From assembly GCA_037441285.1 (NCBI GenBank), contig JBBISL010000019.1, forward strand, positions 1-38,953: a DNA stretch of 38,953 nt, in the 5' to 3' direction. The position numbers were made by a program, and so were the translations under genes. A model generated the notes under the pieces. The model did no database searches. It was given only the letters and a program-made list of their open reading frames with translations, and had not been told where the DNA came from. Source of the stretch: a candidate division WOR-3 bacterium (GTDB taxonomy: Bacteria > Hydrothermota > Tepidihabitantia > Tepidihabitantales > Tepidihabitantaceae). Of this stretch, positions 17,879-27,131 are shown piece by piece; position 1 is the first letter of the stretch, and each line of letters starts with the position of its first letter.

Positions 17879-19096
17879 GTGTTTGACTACAGCAAAGTCC
17901 CAATTGAGCCGAATAATAAGAAGATACTTTTAGTGGTGCTGGATGGTCTTGGCGGTCTGCCCAAGCAGGACAAGACCGAACTGGAAGCAGCCTGGGTACC
18001 AAATCTCGACCGGCTGGCAATAACTGCCAGTCTCGGTCTTTTGGTGCCAATAGCGCGTGGGGTGACTCCCGGCTCTGGTGCCGCGCATCTGGCGATTTTC
18101 GGCTACAACCCTGAACAGTATCAGGTAGGACGAGGGGTACTTGAGGCGTTGGGAAGTGGTTTAACACCGAATCCGACCGATTTGTGTTGCCGGGCAAATT
18201 TTGCCACGGTTGATAAAAATGGGGTGATTACCGACCGGAGGGCAAAGAAGGCAGGAGAGCGGATGAGCGATGCCGAAGGTGCGGAATTGTGTGCCCTTTT
18301 GCAGGATGCGATACCGAAAATTGACGATGTGAAGGTGACGGTAAAAGCGGGTAAAGGACATCGATTTGTCGTCGTATTTTCGGGACCGGGTTTGAAGGAT
18401 AGGTTATCAGACTCTGACCCGGGGAAGGATGGAAAAAGCCCGTTAGAGATAAAGCCTTTAGTGCCGGATGCGGAGAAGGCAGCGGTAATTGCCAACCGGT
18501 TTATTGAGATGAGTGGTGCTGTACTCAAGAATCGGGAACGGGCGAACTGGGTTTTACTGCGCGGACTTTCACTGCCGCCTAATTTGCCGCCATTTCCCGA
18601 ACGGTATAAGTTGCGGGCGGCAGCGGTTGCCGCTTACCCGATGTACAAAGGTCTGGCACGACTGCTGGGGATGGAGGTGCTGGAATGTGGTGGGACCTGG
18701 GAGGAGGAAGTGGCAGCGGTGGCAAAACATCGTGATGAGTTTGACTTTTTCTATCTTCATTTTAAGGAGTTTGACCAGGCGGGCGAGGATGGTGATTTTG
18801 AGAAGAAGGTTGAGCTTTTGGAACGGTTTGACGAACAGATTGTCCCCCGTATTGTTGAGTTGAATTTTGATGTTTTGTGCATTACCGGAGACCATTCAAC
18901 ACCGGCAATTTTAGGTGCACATTCGTGGCATGCGGTGCCGATAATGCTTTACTCCCGCTATTGTCGGATTCATTCGCTGGTTGAAGAGTTTGGTGAGCGA
19001 GCCTGTATGCGTGGTTCACTTGGTGTTGTTCTTGGGTGGGAGTTGATGCCCTTGCTCCTTGCCCATGCGCAGCGCTATGGAAAGTTCGGAGCGTAG
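17879..19096 (+). CDS. apgM: 2,3-bisphosphoglycerate-independent phosphoglycerate mutase, archaeal type
   Basis: VLDGLGG, TELEAA..PNLD, TPGSG..HLAIFGY, GRGVLEALG, TGDHSTP, HSWH.VP. Start is GTG 17879 or TTG 17873. Confidence 0.9.
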   Translation: MFDYSKVPIEPNNKKILLVVLDGLGGLPKQDKTELEAAWVPNLDRLAITASLGLLVPIARGVTPGSGAAHLAIFGYNPEQYQVGRGVLEALGSGLTPNPTDLCCRANFATVDKNGVITDRRAKKAGERMSDAEGAELCALLQDAIPKIDDVKVTVKAGKGHRFVVVFSGPGLKDRLSDSDPGKDGKSPLEIKPLVPDAEKAAVIANRFIEMSGAVLKNRERANWVLLRGLSLPPNLPPFPERYKLRAAAVAAYPMYKGLARLLGMEVLECGGTWEEEVAAVAKHRDEFDFFYLHFKEFDQAGEDGDFEKKVELLERFDEQIVPRIVELNFDVLCITGDHSTPAILGAHSWHAVPIMLYSRYCRIHSLVEEFGERACMRGSLGVVLGWELMPLLLAHAQRYGKFGA

Positions 19097-19660
19097 GTGA
19101 GCCGTCGCTGGGCAATTTTTTCGCTCTGGGATAAAACCGGGGCGGAACAACTGGCGCAGGTGTTAGCCGACTGTGGTTACGGTATTCTCGCCACCTCAAA
19201 GACCGCCGCAATTTTAAAACAGTCCGGGATAACGGTAACCGATGTGGCAAATTGGACCGGCGCCCCGGAAATTTTAGGAGGCAGGGTAAAGACAATTCAT
19301 CCGAAAATTGCTGCCGGGATTCTCTCTTATCGTGATGATAGCAGTATCGAGCCGATTGATTTCGTCGTCTGCAATCTTTACCCATTTGCCCAGGGTCTGG
19401 AAGAAAAGCGCGGTCTGAAAGAGATGGTAGAACTGATTGACATTGGCGGGGTAACACTTTTGCGGGCAGCAGCCAAGAACTGGTTTTTCGTTACCCCGGT
19501 GCCAAAACCGGACTATTACCCGCTGGTTATTGAGCAGTTGACACAGCATGGTCAGGTGTCGGAAAGTTTGCGTCGGGAACTGGCAAAGAAGACATTTGAA
19601 CTCACGGGAAATTATGATCTAATGATTTCCCGTTATCTTGTGGATATTGTTGACAGATAG
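19097..19660 (+). CDS. Stand-alone IMP cyclohydrolase (PurH N-terminal MGS-like domain)
   Basis: SLWDKTG, TGAPEILGGRVKTIHP, CNLYPF, IDIGGVTLLRAAAKN. Stops at the domain boundary. Confidence 0.88.
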   Translation: MSRRWAIFSLWDKTGAEQLAQVLADCGYGILATSKTAAILKQSGITVTDVANWTGAPEILGGRVKTIHPKIAAGILSYRDDSSIEPIDFVVCNLYPFAQGLEEKRGLKEMVELIDIGGVTLLRAAAKNWFFVTPVPKPDYYPLVIEQLTQHGQVSESLRRELAKKTFELTGNYDLMISRYLVDIVDR

Positions 19661-19679
19661 TTATTAATTTGTGTATAAT
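19650..19679 (+). promoter_or_regulatory. Alpha-operon promoter
   Basis: Perfect TTGACA-N18-TATAAT upstream of rpsM. Confidence 0.75.
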
Positions 19680-19738
19680 TATTGTTGTTTTATAAAGTAA
19701 CAAAAAGATATCAGCAAACTTTATCATCAGGAGGATAA

Positions 19739-20140
19739 GTGGCTCGTATTGTTGGTGTTGATTTACCGGACCGTAAGAAGGTACTGTATGCCCTGCCGGC
19801 GATATTCGGCATCGGGTTGGCTTCGGCGCGGAAGATTTTAGCCGCGACCAGCATCGACCCGAACAAACGGGTTGGTGATTTGACGGACGAAGAACTGGCA
19901 GCGCTCCGGAAGGAGATTGAAAGCGGGTATAAAGTGGAAGGTGAACTGCGGGCTGAGGTTGCGGCGAATATCAAGCGTTATATTGAAATCGGTTGCTATC
20001 GGGGGTTGCGTCATCGGGCGCGGCTTCCGGTTCGCGGCCAACGGACCCGGACGAACGCTCGAACCAGAAAAGGTCCCCGTAAGACTTCCGGGGTCATTAA
20101 AGTGAAGGCACCCGCTGCAACCGCGGCGAAAAAGGAGTAG
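19739..20140 (+). CDS. rpsM: 30S ribosomal protein S13
   Basis: [44 protein letters not shown] with GTG start. Confidence 0.98.
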   Translation: MARIVGVDLPDRKKVLYALPAIFGIGLASARKILAATSIDPNKRVGDLTDEELAALRKEIESGYKVEGELRAEVAANIKRYIEIGCYRGLRHRARLPVRGQRTRTNARTRKGPRKTSGVIKVKAPAATAAKKE

Positions 20141-20143
20141 CCT

Positions 20144-20518
20144 ATGGCAAAAAAGAGTTCGAGAAAACGAGCCTCACCGGTATGTGTTGCTTACATTACG
20201 ACCACCTTCAATAATACCATTGTGACGATTGCGGAATCAAACGGTGCGGTGCTTTGCTGGTCTTCAGCCGGTAGAGTGGGATTCAAGGGTGCCAAGAAAG
20301 GGACGCCTTATGCGGCGGGTCAGGCGGCAGAGAGTGCGGGCAAAGAGGCGGTGGCGCTGGGTGTGAAAAAGGTCGAGGTGCGAATAAGTGGTCCCGGTCC
20401 GGGACGAGAGGCAGCGATACGCTCTTTACAGAATGCTGGCCTTGACATCATTTCAATCCGGGATATTACTCCCATCCCTCACAACGGCTGTCGGCCTCCC
20501 AAGCAACGGCGGGTTTAG
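20144..20518 (+). CDS. rpsK: 30S ribosomal protein S11
   Basis: [38 protein letters not shown]. Confidence 0.98.
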   Translation: MAKKSSRKRASPVCVAYITTTFNNTIVTIAESNGAVLCWSSAGRVGFKGAKKGTPYAAGQAAESAGKEAVALGVKKVEVRISGPGPGREAAIRSLQNAGLDIISIRDITPIPHNGCRPPKQRRV

Positions 20519-20525
20519 GGTGTTG

Positions 20526-20553
20526 TTGACAGTAAGACTGCTAATTCTATAAT
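20526..20553 (+). promoter_or_regulatory. Internal promoter upstream of rpsD
   Basis: Perfect TTGACA-N16-TATAAT in the rpsK-rpsD spacer. Confidence 0.7.
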
Positions 20554-20565
20554 CACAGGTGACAT

Positions 20566-21180
20566 ATGGCAAGAGATATTGGAACAAAATGTAAACGATG
20601 TCGCCGGGCACGGGAGAAGCTATTCCTGCGCGGCAATAAGTGTCTGTCCGATAAATGTGTGCTGATGAAACGCGGCGAGGAGGCGGCAGCGCCGGTGCGC
20701 CGGCGAGTTTCCGCTTATGCGATTCAGTTGCGGGAGAAGCAGAAACTGCGAATGCTCTACGGAATTCTGGAAACCCAGTTTCGCAACTACTTTGTTCGAG
20801 CGGCAAAGAGTCCGAATACGGCAGCGGCACTTTTAATTCTACTGGAACGAAGGCTGGACAATGTTGTCTATCGGTTGGGTTTTGCCGATTCGCGCCCTCA
20901 GGCGAGGCAACTGGTGCGTCATGGTCATATTACGGTTGATGGTAAAAAGGTGGATATACCTTCATATCAGGTAAATGCCGGCCAGGTTATTGCGGTGGCA
21001 ACGGAACGGGGAAAGAAGCTGGTAAGCGCAATTATTGCGAATAAAGAACCAACCGTCGTACCATGGTTAAGTGTTAATCAACAGCAATTAACCGGTCAGG
21101 TGCTCAGATTGCCTGAATATGAGGATGTTAAGGATGTTCCCTGTAATATGCAGTTAATCGTGGAGTTTTATTCAAAATGA
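20566..21180 (+). CDS. rpsD: 30S ribosomal protein S4 (Zn-ribbon form)
   Basis: CKRCRR...KC...KC, QLREKQK, LERRLDNVVYRLGF, ARQLVRHGH, IVEFYSK. Confidence 0.98.
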   Translation: MARDIGTKCKRCRRAREKLFLRGNKCLSDKCVLMKRGEEAAAPVRRRVSAYAIQLREKQKLRMLYGILETQFRNYFVRAAKSPNTAAALLILLERRLDNVVYRLGFADSRPQARQLVRHGHITVDGKKVDIPSYQVNAGQVIAVATERGKKLVSAIIANKEPTVVPWLSVNQQQLTGQVLRLPEYEDVKDVPCNMQLIVEFYSK

Positions 21181-22238
21181 AGCTGAAACCTTTTGTAATG
21201 CCCGAGAAATTTGAAATAGATGCCGATACGGCAACCGACAGTTATGCCAAATTCATCATTGCACCGCTGGAACGCGGGTGGGGAGTTACCGTTGGCAATG
21301 CGCTGCGTCGGGCACTGCTTTCTTCGGTTCAAGGAGCGGCGGTGGTTGAGGTTCGTATCGACGGTGTAACCCATGAGTTCACAACGATTGATGATGTTGT
21401 GGAAGATGTACCGGAGATAATCCTGAATATTAAGAAAATCCGATTCCGTCTCTGGTCGGAAACGCCCCGCGCCTGCTATCTGCATGCCAAGGGCAAGCGG
21501 GCATTTTTTGCTCGTGACCTGACAGTGCCGCCAGAGGTGGTGATTGCCAACCCGGACCAGAAGATTTTGACCATTTCTGATAGCAAACGAGCGGTGAACA
21601 TCGAGATGATTGTTGAGAATGGCCGGGGTTATGTGCGGGCTGAGCGTCTGAAGAAGGACCGGACCGTCCCCGAAGGGACGATTTTCCTCGATGCGTTCTT
21701 TTCTCCGGTGAAAAGGGTAAATTACTGGGTTGAGAATATGCGGGTGCTGGACCGGACCGATTTTGAGCGGGTAATGCTGGAGGTGTGGACTGATGGTACG
21801 GTGAAACCGGAAGAGGCGCTGATTCAGTCGGCGACGATTTTGAAGAATCATATGAGCGCTCTGGTTCCGATTGAGAAGGAACCGGAGTTTATTGAAGAAG
21901 AACGGGTGTATCGCGACCGGGACCGGCTTGCCGAATTGCTGGCGATGGACATCGATGAACTCGAGTTGTCAAACCGGGCGCTTAACTGTTTGAAGAAGGG
22001 GCGTTCCAAGCGAACCGGGGAACGGATTTCAATCCGGACGATTGCTGACCTGGTACAGTATACTGAAAAGGAGATGCTGGATATTGAGAATTTCGGCCGA
22101 AAGTCACTGGAAGAGTTGAAAAAGGTTCTCGAGGATATGGGACTTACCCTGGGTATGGATATTTCGGGGATACCGATTGGTAAGGGAGCCGAAGTTGAAA
22201 ATGAAGAGGAAGGGGCGGAAGAGGAAAAGGAGGAGTAA
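21177..22238 (+). CDS. rpoA: RNA polymerase alpha subunit
   Basis: PLERGWGVTVGNALRR.LLSS, HEF, GRGYV, LELSNRALNCL, NFGRKSLEE. Confidence 0.98.
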   Translation: MKLKPFVMPEKFEIDADTATDSYAKFIIAPLERGWGVTVGNALRRALLSSVQGAAVVEVRIDGVTHEFTTIDDVVEDVPEIILNIKKIRFRLWSETPRACYLHAKGKRAFFARDLTVPPEVVIANPDQKILTISDSKRAVNIEMIVENGRGYVRAERLKKDRTVPEGTIFLDAFFSPVKRVNYWVENMRVLDRTDFERVMLEVWTDGTVKPEEALIQSATILKNHMSALVPIEKEPEFIEEERVYRDRDRLAELLAMDIDELELSNRALNCLKKGRSKRTGERISIRTIADLVQYTEKEMLDIENFGRKSLEELKKVLEDMGLTLGMDISGIPIGKGAEVENEEEGAEEEKEE

Positions 22239-22240
22239 GC

Positions 22241-22693
22241 GTGCGGCACGGTGATAAGGTCAAAAAATTGGGACGGAAAAGTGCACATCGAATTGCGTTA
22301 ATGCGCAATCTTGTTTCGGCGCTGATAAGGTATGAGCGGATTCGTACTACGGTAGCAAAGGCGAAAGAGGCAAGGCGGTTTGCGGAACGAATGGTGAGTC
22401 TGGCGTGTACCGGTACAATGGCGGCGCGCCGCGAGGTTGCTAAGTTTATCAACGACAAGGCACTGGTTAAAAAACTGTTTACCGAGATTGCACCGCGTCT
22501 TGTCGACCGGTCCGGTGGTTATACAAGGATATATCGGTTGGGTAATCGACCAGGCGATTCAGCCGAGATGGCTTATCTCGAGTTTGTCGTGCGCGGGGAA
22601 AAAGAAAAGTCCGAGGAGATTAAAGGGAAGGGTAAGAGTAAGGCGAAAAAATCAGCAGCCAAAAAGGCAACGAAAGACAAGGAAACCGGATAA
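22241..22693 (+). CDS. rplQ: 50S ribosomal protein L17 with a Lys-rich tail
   Basis: MRH...KKLGR...HR.A, RIRTT.AKAKE, GGYTRI, GD.AEMA. Confidence 0.98.
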   Translation: MRHGDKVKKLGRKSAHRIALMRNLVSALIRYERIRTTVAKAKEARRFAERMVSLACTGTMAARREVAKFINDKALVKKLFTEIAPRLVDRSGGYTRIYRLGNRPGDSAEMAYLEFVVRGEKEKSEEIKGKGKSKAKKSAAKKATKDKETG

Positions 22694-22697
22694 ATCT

Positions 22698-23060
22698 GTG
22701 AATCGCATCCGGAAATTTATCAAATCGAAAATCCAGGGATTGCATATTACCGGCAAGGAGCTTTATTACGATGGTAGTTTAGAACTGGACCTCAGATTGC
22801 TCCAATCCGCTGATATTTTACCCGGCGAGATGGTACAGGTTGTCAATGTGAACAACGGTGAGCGGTTTGAGACCTACGCAATTGCCGGCAGGGCTGGTTC
22901 GGGGCGATGTGTACTCAAGGGGGCGGCGGCGCGATTAGGCGAAATCGGTGATGAAATAATCGTAATGAGTATGATTTATCTGGACGAGTCCGAATGGAAA
23001 AAGTACAATATGGTTAAGGTCCGGGTTGATGCCCAAAACCGTATCGTAACGGGAAAATAG
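22698..23060 (+). CDS. panD: Aspartate 1-decarboxylase (pyruvoyl-dependent)
   Basis: KSKI...IT...L.YDGS cleavage site, NNGERFETY, GAAARL...GD. Likely GTG start at 22698. Confidence 0.85.
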   Translation: MNRIRKFIKSKIQGLHITGKELYYDGSLELDLRLLQSADILPGEMVQVVNVNNGERFETYAIAGRAGSGRCVLKGAAARLGEIGDEIIVMSMIYLDESEWKKYNMVKVRVDAQNRIVTGK

Positions 23061-23121
23061 TGGATAAATCACTATACTCCAGTGGGAAGTTACCTGATTT
23101 AAATGCGTTCAGATTTTACTT

Positions 23122-23592
23122 TTGCCAAATTGGTTGAGAAAGGGTATTGAACTTCATATCATATTGGTTTTGGGGCTTTCCCTGGGGATTGGTCTTTCAT
23201 CCGGTTGTCAGAAGGAAAGCAGGCGGGGAAAACCCAATCCGGAATTTTTTGGGGTCGGGGTCAAAGTGATAAACAGCACCGGTGTGCACCGGCTTGCCTG
23301 GATTGTCGCCTGGAATATGATTAATCGGGGATTCAATGTTTACGGGACCGGCGATACCTGTGACAGTTTTGAGCATACGATTGTTGTTGACCTGAAGGAT
23401 TTATCGGCAAAAAATGCTCGAGCGGTTGCCGAAGGGCTCAAAGCGAAGAAGCGGATTGCGATTTTACCGATAGAAAGGGAGATGTTACCGAGGGTTGAGG
23501 TGAAGATTGATTCCACCCGATTTGTCGATGTCTTGCTGATATTAGGGGAAGATTATCGAGTTTTTTTCCCAGCAGTGGAGCCATTTAATTAA
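23122..23592 (+). CDS. LytR C-terminal domain protein, probable lipoprotein
   Basis: Lipobox-like LSSGC, VKVINSTGVHRLA...GFNV..TG, DVLLILGEDY. Adjacent to rsfS. Confidence 0.7.
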   Translation: MPNWLRKGIELHIILVLGLSLGIGLSSGCQKESRRGKPNPEFFGVGVKVINSTGVHRLAWIVAWNMINRGFNVYGTGDTCDSFEHTIVVDLKDLSAKNARAVAEGLKAKKRIAILPIEREMLPRVEVKIDSTRFVDVLLILGEDYRVFFPAVEPFN

Positions 23593-23593
23593 A

Positions 23594-23944
23594 ATGGATG
23601 CTGAGAAACTGGCAACAAAACTGGCAAAACTTATTTTAAAGAAGAAGGGCGAGAATATCTTAATTCTCGATTTGCGCAATACTGCACCGTTTGCCGAATT
23701 TTTTATCATCGCCACGGCGACTTCCACTGTTCATGCAAAGGCAATTGCTGATGCCCTGCAGGACCGCCATGAGATTGCTGGTTTGGAGAAGCCACACCAC
23801 ATTGAAGGACTGGAATCGGCGCAGTGGATACTTCTCGACTATTTTGATGTTATCGTTCATATATTTCTTCCTGATGTAAGAGAATTTTACGGTCTGGAAC
23901 GGTTGTGGGGAGATGTGCCGCAGCAGGTCGTGAAGGATGAGTAG
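23594..23944 (+). CDS. rsfS: Ribosome silencing factor
   Basis: KKGENI..LDL, EG...QWILLDY.DVIVHIF....REFY.LERLWGD. Confidence 0.95.
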   Translation: MDAEKLATKLAKLILKKKGENILILDLRNTAPFAEFFIIATATSTVHAKAIADALQDRHEIAGLEKPHHIEGLESAQWILLDYFDVIVHIFLPDVREFYGLERLWGDVPQQVVKDE

Positions 23945-23972
23945 GTTTTGATAATTTTCAAGGAGGTGTTGT

Positions 23973-24431
23973 TTGAACCTTAGTTCATTACTCAGGGTTG
24001 AAAAGGTCAACCTTGATTTAAAAAGTCGCAAAAAACAAGATGTGTTGCGAGAACTGGTGACGATGATTCGAGAGGGAGAAACGGCTGAGATGCTCTATCA
24101 AACTCTGTTGAAACGAGAGGAGTTGGGCTCGACCGGTATTGGTAAAGGTATCGCCATTCCGCATGGCCGGTCGTTGCTTCTTGACAAACTGGAAATAGCA
24201 GTGGGCAGGTCAACAAAAGGGGTTGATTTTGATGCCATTGACAATAAACCGGTGCATCTCTTCTTTCTGGTTATGGCACCACCGCAGGACCCGGGTAACC
24301 AGTACTTGATTACTCTGGGGCGAATCGCAATGGTGGCGCAGGAGCTGACCAAACGCAAGCAACTTTTTGCTCCGCAAACGCCGCAGGAGTTTCTGGAACT
24401 GGTGCGGACGATCGAGGAGAAGGTGCGATGA
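23973..24431 (+). CDS. ptsN: PTS IIA nitrogen-regulatory (Ntr/fructose-type) protein
   Basis: REELGSTGIGKGIAIPHGR, GVDFDAIDNKPVHLFF. AGGAGGTG RBS with TTG start. Confidence 0.85.
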   Translation: MNLSSLLRVEKVNLDLKSRKKQDVLRELVTMIREGETAEMLYQTLLKREELGSTGIGKGIAIPHGRSLLLDKLEIAVGRSTKGVDFDAIDNKPVHLFFLVMAPPQDPGNQYLITLGRIAMVAQELTKRKQLFAPQTPQEFLELVRTIEEKVR

Positions 24432-24778
24432 ATCCTAAAATTGAGACCTTGCGTTCGCTTGAGGAGTTTGACCACATTCTCCGGGACATAGAAAACGAGA
24501 GTTATCAGCGAGTAGGATTCAAAGGGGTAAAGGTCTCGGAAGAGCTTATTCGACTGGCAGAAAAAGAACGAGCAAAACTGACCAAGAAGATTGACCCGAA
24601 GATTCTTGCTCAATACGAGCGGATAATGAAACGGTATGGCGGCCGGGTTGTTGTTCAGGTGGTTCGCGAGTTCTGTGGGGGGTGTTATGTGCGCCTTCCG
24701 TCGGAATTGGTGGTACGATGTCGGACCGAACTTGTGACCTGTCCTAACTGCGGGCGGTTTCTTTACTGGGTAAAATAA
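24428..24778 (+). CDS. C4-type zinc-ribbon protein (short CT398/HP0958-like)
   Basis: YERI...CGGC...LP...CPNCGRFLY. Confidence 0.8.
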   Translation: MNPKIETLRSLEEFDHILRDIENESYQRVGFKGVKVSEELIRLAEKERAKLTKKIDPKILAQYERIMKRYGGRVVVQVVREFCGGCYVRLPSELVVRCRTELVTCPNCGRFLYWVK

Positions 24779-24804
24779 TTCTCGTATCAACCTTCCTTTA
24801 GGGC

Positions 24805-25575
24805 GTGCTTGTACTTTCAATACTCTTTTGCTGGGCGTTTGACTATTTTCCGGCCGTAGGCCCGGGTGCCGGAATGGGGGCGGGAGTTGCCTTTGCTGAC
24901 TGGCGTAACAGTTTTGGGATTAACCCGAGCACCGTTTTGTCCGGAAGTAAATTTGCTATCGGTGTTACCTATGTCAATCTTTACGCCCTTCCCGGTGTAC
25001 ACTGCGGGTTAATCGGGGCGAAATGGAAATCTGGGAAACAGGCAACCGCAGTTGCCTTTACCAGCGTTGGTTTTAACCGTTATCGGGAAAATGACCTGTT
25101 GCTTAATTTCGCCACCGAACCGATAAGAACAATCAGGGTCGGGGTTGGTGTCCATGCACTTATGCAGACGGTTGAGGGAAAAACGAATTTACTCCCACAG
25201 GTCGATGCCGGTGTTTTGTGGTTAACCGAACATACCGCAATAGGGGTTTCTGGAAGACGGTTAAATGCGCCCCGGTTACCGGACGGAACAGTGCTAAAGT
25301 CGCAACTCTGGTCAGGTGGCGTATGGGAGCCGATTAAAGATTTGAAACTTGCCTGTGATTTAAAGAAAGAAGACCAACTGGGCAGATTGTTAATCGGCGG
25401 TGAATTCACAATATTTCCGGAAGTTACTCTTCGCTGTGGTGTCGAAACTTTTCCGCTGGTTTACCACGGCGGGGTGCAGGTGAAGGTAGGTGTGATGTCG
25501 CTTGATTACGGGGTTCAGTATCATCTTGAACTCGGGGATAGTCATAGCATAACCATTTCGGCTGAATGGCATTGA
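24805..25575 (+). CDS. Putative outer-membrane beta-barrel, distantly PorV/PorQ-like
   Basis: GMG...A.....FGINPS N-terminus, alternating strands, YHLELGDSH.I.I C-terminus. Confidence 0.5.
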   Translation: MLVLSILFCWAFDYFPAVGPGAGMGAGVAFADWRNSFGINPSTVLSGSKFAIGVTYVNLYALPGVHCGLIGAKWKSGKQATAVAFTSVGFNRYRENDLLLNFATEPIRTIRVGVGVHALMQTVEGKTNLLPQVDAGVLWLTEHTAIGVSGRRLNAPRLPDGTVLKSQLWSGGVWEPIKDLKLACDLKKEDQLGRLLIGGEFTIFPEVTLRCGVETFPLVYHGGVQVKVGVMSLDYGVQYHLELGDSHSITISAEWH

Positions 25576-27131
25576 TTGTTATTATCGGGTTAGTTGTTAT
25601 GTCCCAAGATTTAGTTGCCGATGGCTCGTCAGTTGGTCCGGATGAAGAGGACTTTTATGAAACAGTTGAAGATAGTCTGGCGCAACTGGAAGCGACTGAT
25701 TTTGCGGCACCTCGTACCTATCGTTTGTCACTGAGGATGGGGTGTGATTCATTATCTAATAATAGCATTGGCTGGCGGGCTTTTACTCGGTTGAAAGGTT
25801 TTACGGAAAAGCGTGAAATTTTACTGCTGGTTGAGAAAGACCGGAAAGAAAAAAACTGGGCAGATTTTATCGGCGGCGGTGTTACTTTTGCGGGTAATAG
25901 ATGGCGTTTCACAGTCGGCGATTTTATAGTGTTTTTCGGACGGGGGTTGCTGCTTACCTCTCCTGCGGTCCGGGCTGGTTTTCGGTGGAATTTAACAGTT
26001 CAACCCAGAAGTTCACTGGCACAGACCGCGCAAGAGAACAGAAATCTACGCGGTTTAAAATTCGATTACAGTTATGGCCCTCTCATTATCGGTATGTTTG
26101 GCAGTTATTCTGGGCGGGATGCGGTCCTCAATAGCGATGGAACAGTAAAGAGGCTTTCCTTCTCGGGTGTTCATGACGACTCTGCCTCACAATTGAGCAA
26201 GAACCAGTTAAGCCAGAAACTGGCTGGGGCGGTAATTAACTATCACGGCAAGAAGTTCAAAGCTGGTGTTAGTGGTTATGGGGCAAATTTTGACAAAACT
26301 TTTTCGCCCCAGGATTCGTTGGTCTCATTTTATGGCAGAACACTGGGTGGTTTGAGTGTTTATGCGGGCTACGGTAACAGTTCCCGATTCGGTGAAATTG
26401 AGATGGCACATTCTTTTCCCGGAGGAGTGGCAGGAGGAGGGCAAATCGGGCTTGACACTGCCGGAATCAGAGTACGGATAAGTGGTACTTGGTATCAGGC
26501 GAGGTTTTTTTCACCTGCGGGCAGGATTTACAGTTTAACAGACCGCCGTGCTCGATTTGACCTGACGGGAGCGGTGAGCTATAAGTTAAAATTCTTCCAA
26601 TTTGGGCTGGAGGGCAACACCTATCGAGATTATACTGTTGACTCAATTCCCGCCCGGGTCAATATGCATACCAGTTTTGAGGGCAACGGTTATAAGGTCC
26701 GGTGTCTCTTGGGCAGGATATACCGGTTGGAACAGGAGCGTTCACGGCGAGCAAGTCTTGAAATGAGTACCGAAGGGCAGCGGTTAAGATTTGGTTTTTT
26801 AGTTGAAGATGAATATGCCGATTATACAGATGGGCAGGGGGTTTTAGTGGCGTTAAGTAGCGGGATTAGAAGCAAGGAGTTCGGGGCGCAATTCGCGGTC
26901 AGCCGGTTTTTTATTTCAGGAAGCGGTGTGGAACTAACTGTTTCCGAGCCCGGGACAATGCGAATTGGTTCAAGTTACAGTTCCCGGGAAAGTGGGTGGC
27001 GACTCGTTGCGGCCGGTTACGGACGCCGGGATAAGATTGGACGGTGTGCAATCAAGTTTGCTGCTACCCGTACCAATTTTTGGAAGTTTGACTTGAGCGG
27101 GCAGTTAGAACTGGAGGCGAGATGTGACTGA
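25566..27131 (+). CDS. Putative large outer-membrane beta-barrel (resembles the barrel of FCB helix-hairpin-helix proteins)
   Basis: EKD..E and GDF...FGRGL motifs, long amphipathic beta pattern. Confidence 0.45.
   Translation: MALIVIIGLVVMSQDLVADGSSVGPDEEDFYETVEDSLAQLEATDFAAPRTYRLSLRMGCDSLSNNSIGWRAFTRLKGFTEKREILLLVEKDRKEKNWADFIGGGVTFAGNRWRFTVGDFIVFFGRGLLLTSPAVRAGFRWNLTVQPRSSLAQTAQENRNLRGLKFDYSYGPLIIGMFGSYSGRDAVLNSDGTVKRLSFSGVHDDSASQLSKNQLSQKLAGAVINYHGKKFKAGVSGYGANFDKTFSPQDSLVSFYGRTLGGLSVYAGYGNSSRFGEIEMAHSFPGGVAGGGQIGLDTAGIRVRISGTWYQARFFSPAGRIYSLTDRRARFDLTGAVSYKLKFFQFGLEGNTYRDYTVDSIPARVNMHTSFEGNGYKVRCLLGRIYRLEQERSRRASLEMSTEGQRLRFGFLVEDEYADYTDGQGVLVALSSGIRSKEFGAQFAVSRFFISGSGVELTVSEPGTMRIGSSYSSRESGWRLVAAGYGRRDKIGRCAIKFAATRTNFWKFDLSGQLELEARCD

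Noticed and set aside
22437..22697. Long N-terminal extensions in the ORF track for panD (also gpsA, hpt, the activator and the MEMO fusion)
   Set aside because: They overlap upstream genes or spacers, and homology and RBS positions indicate later starts.
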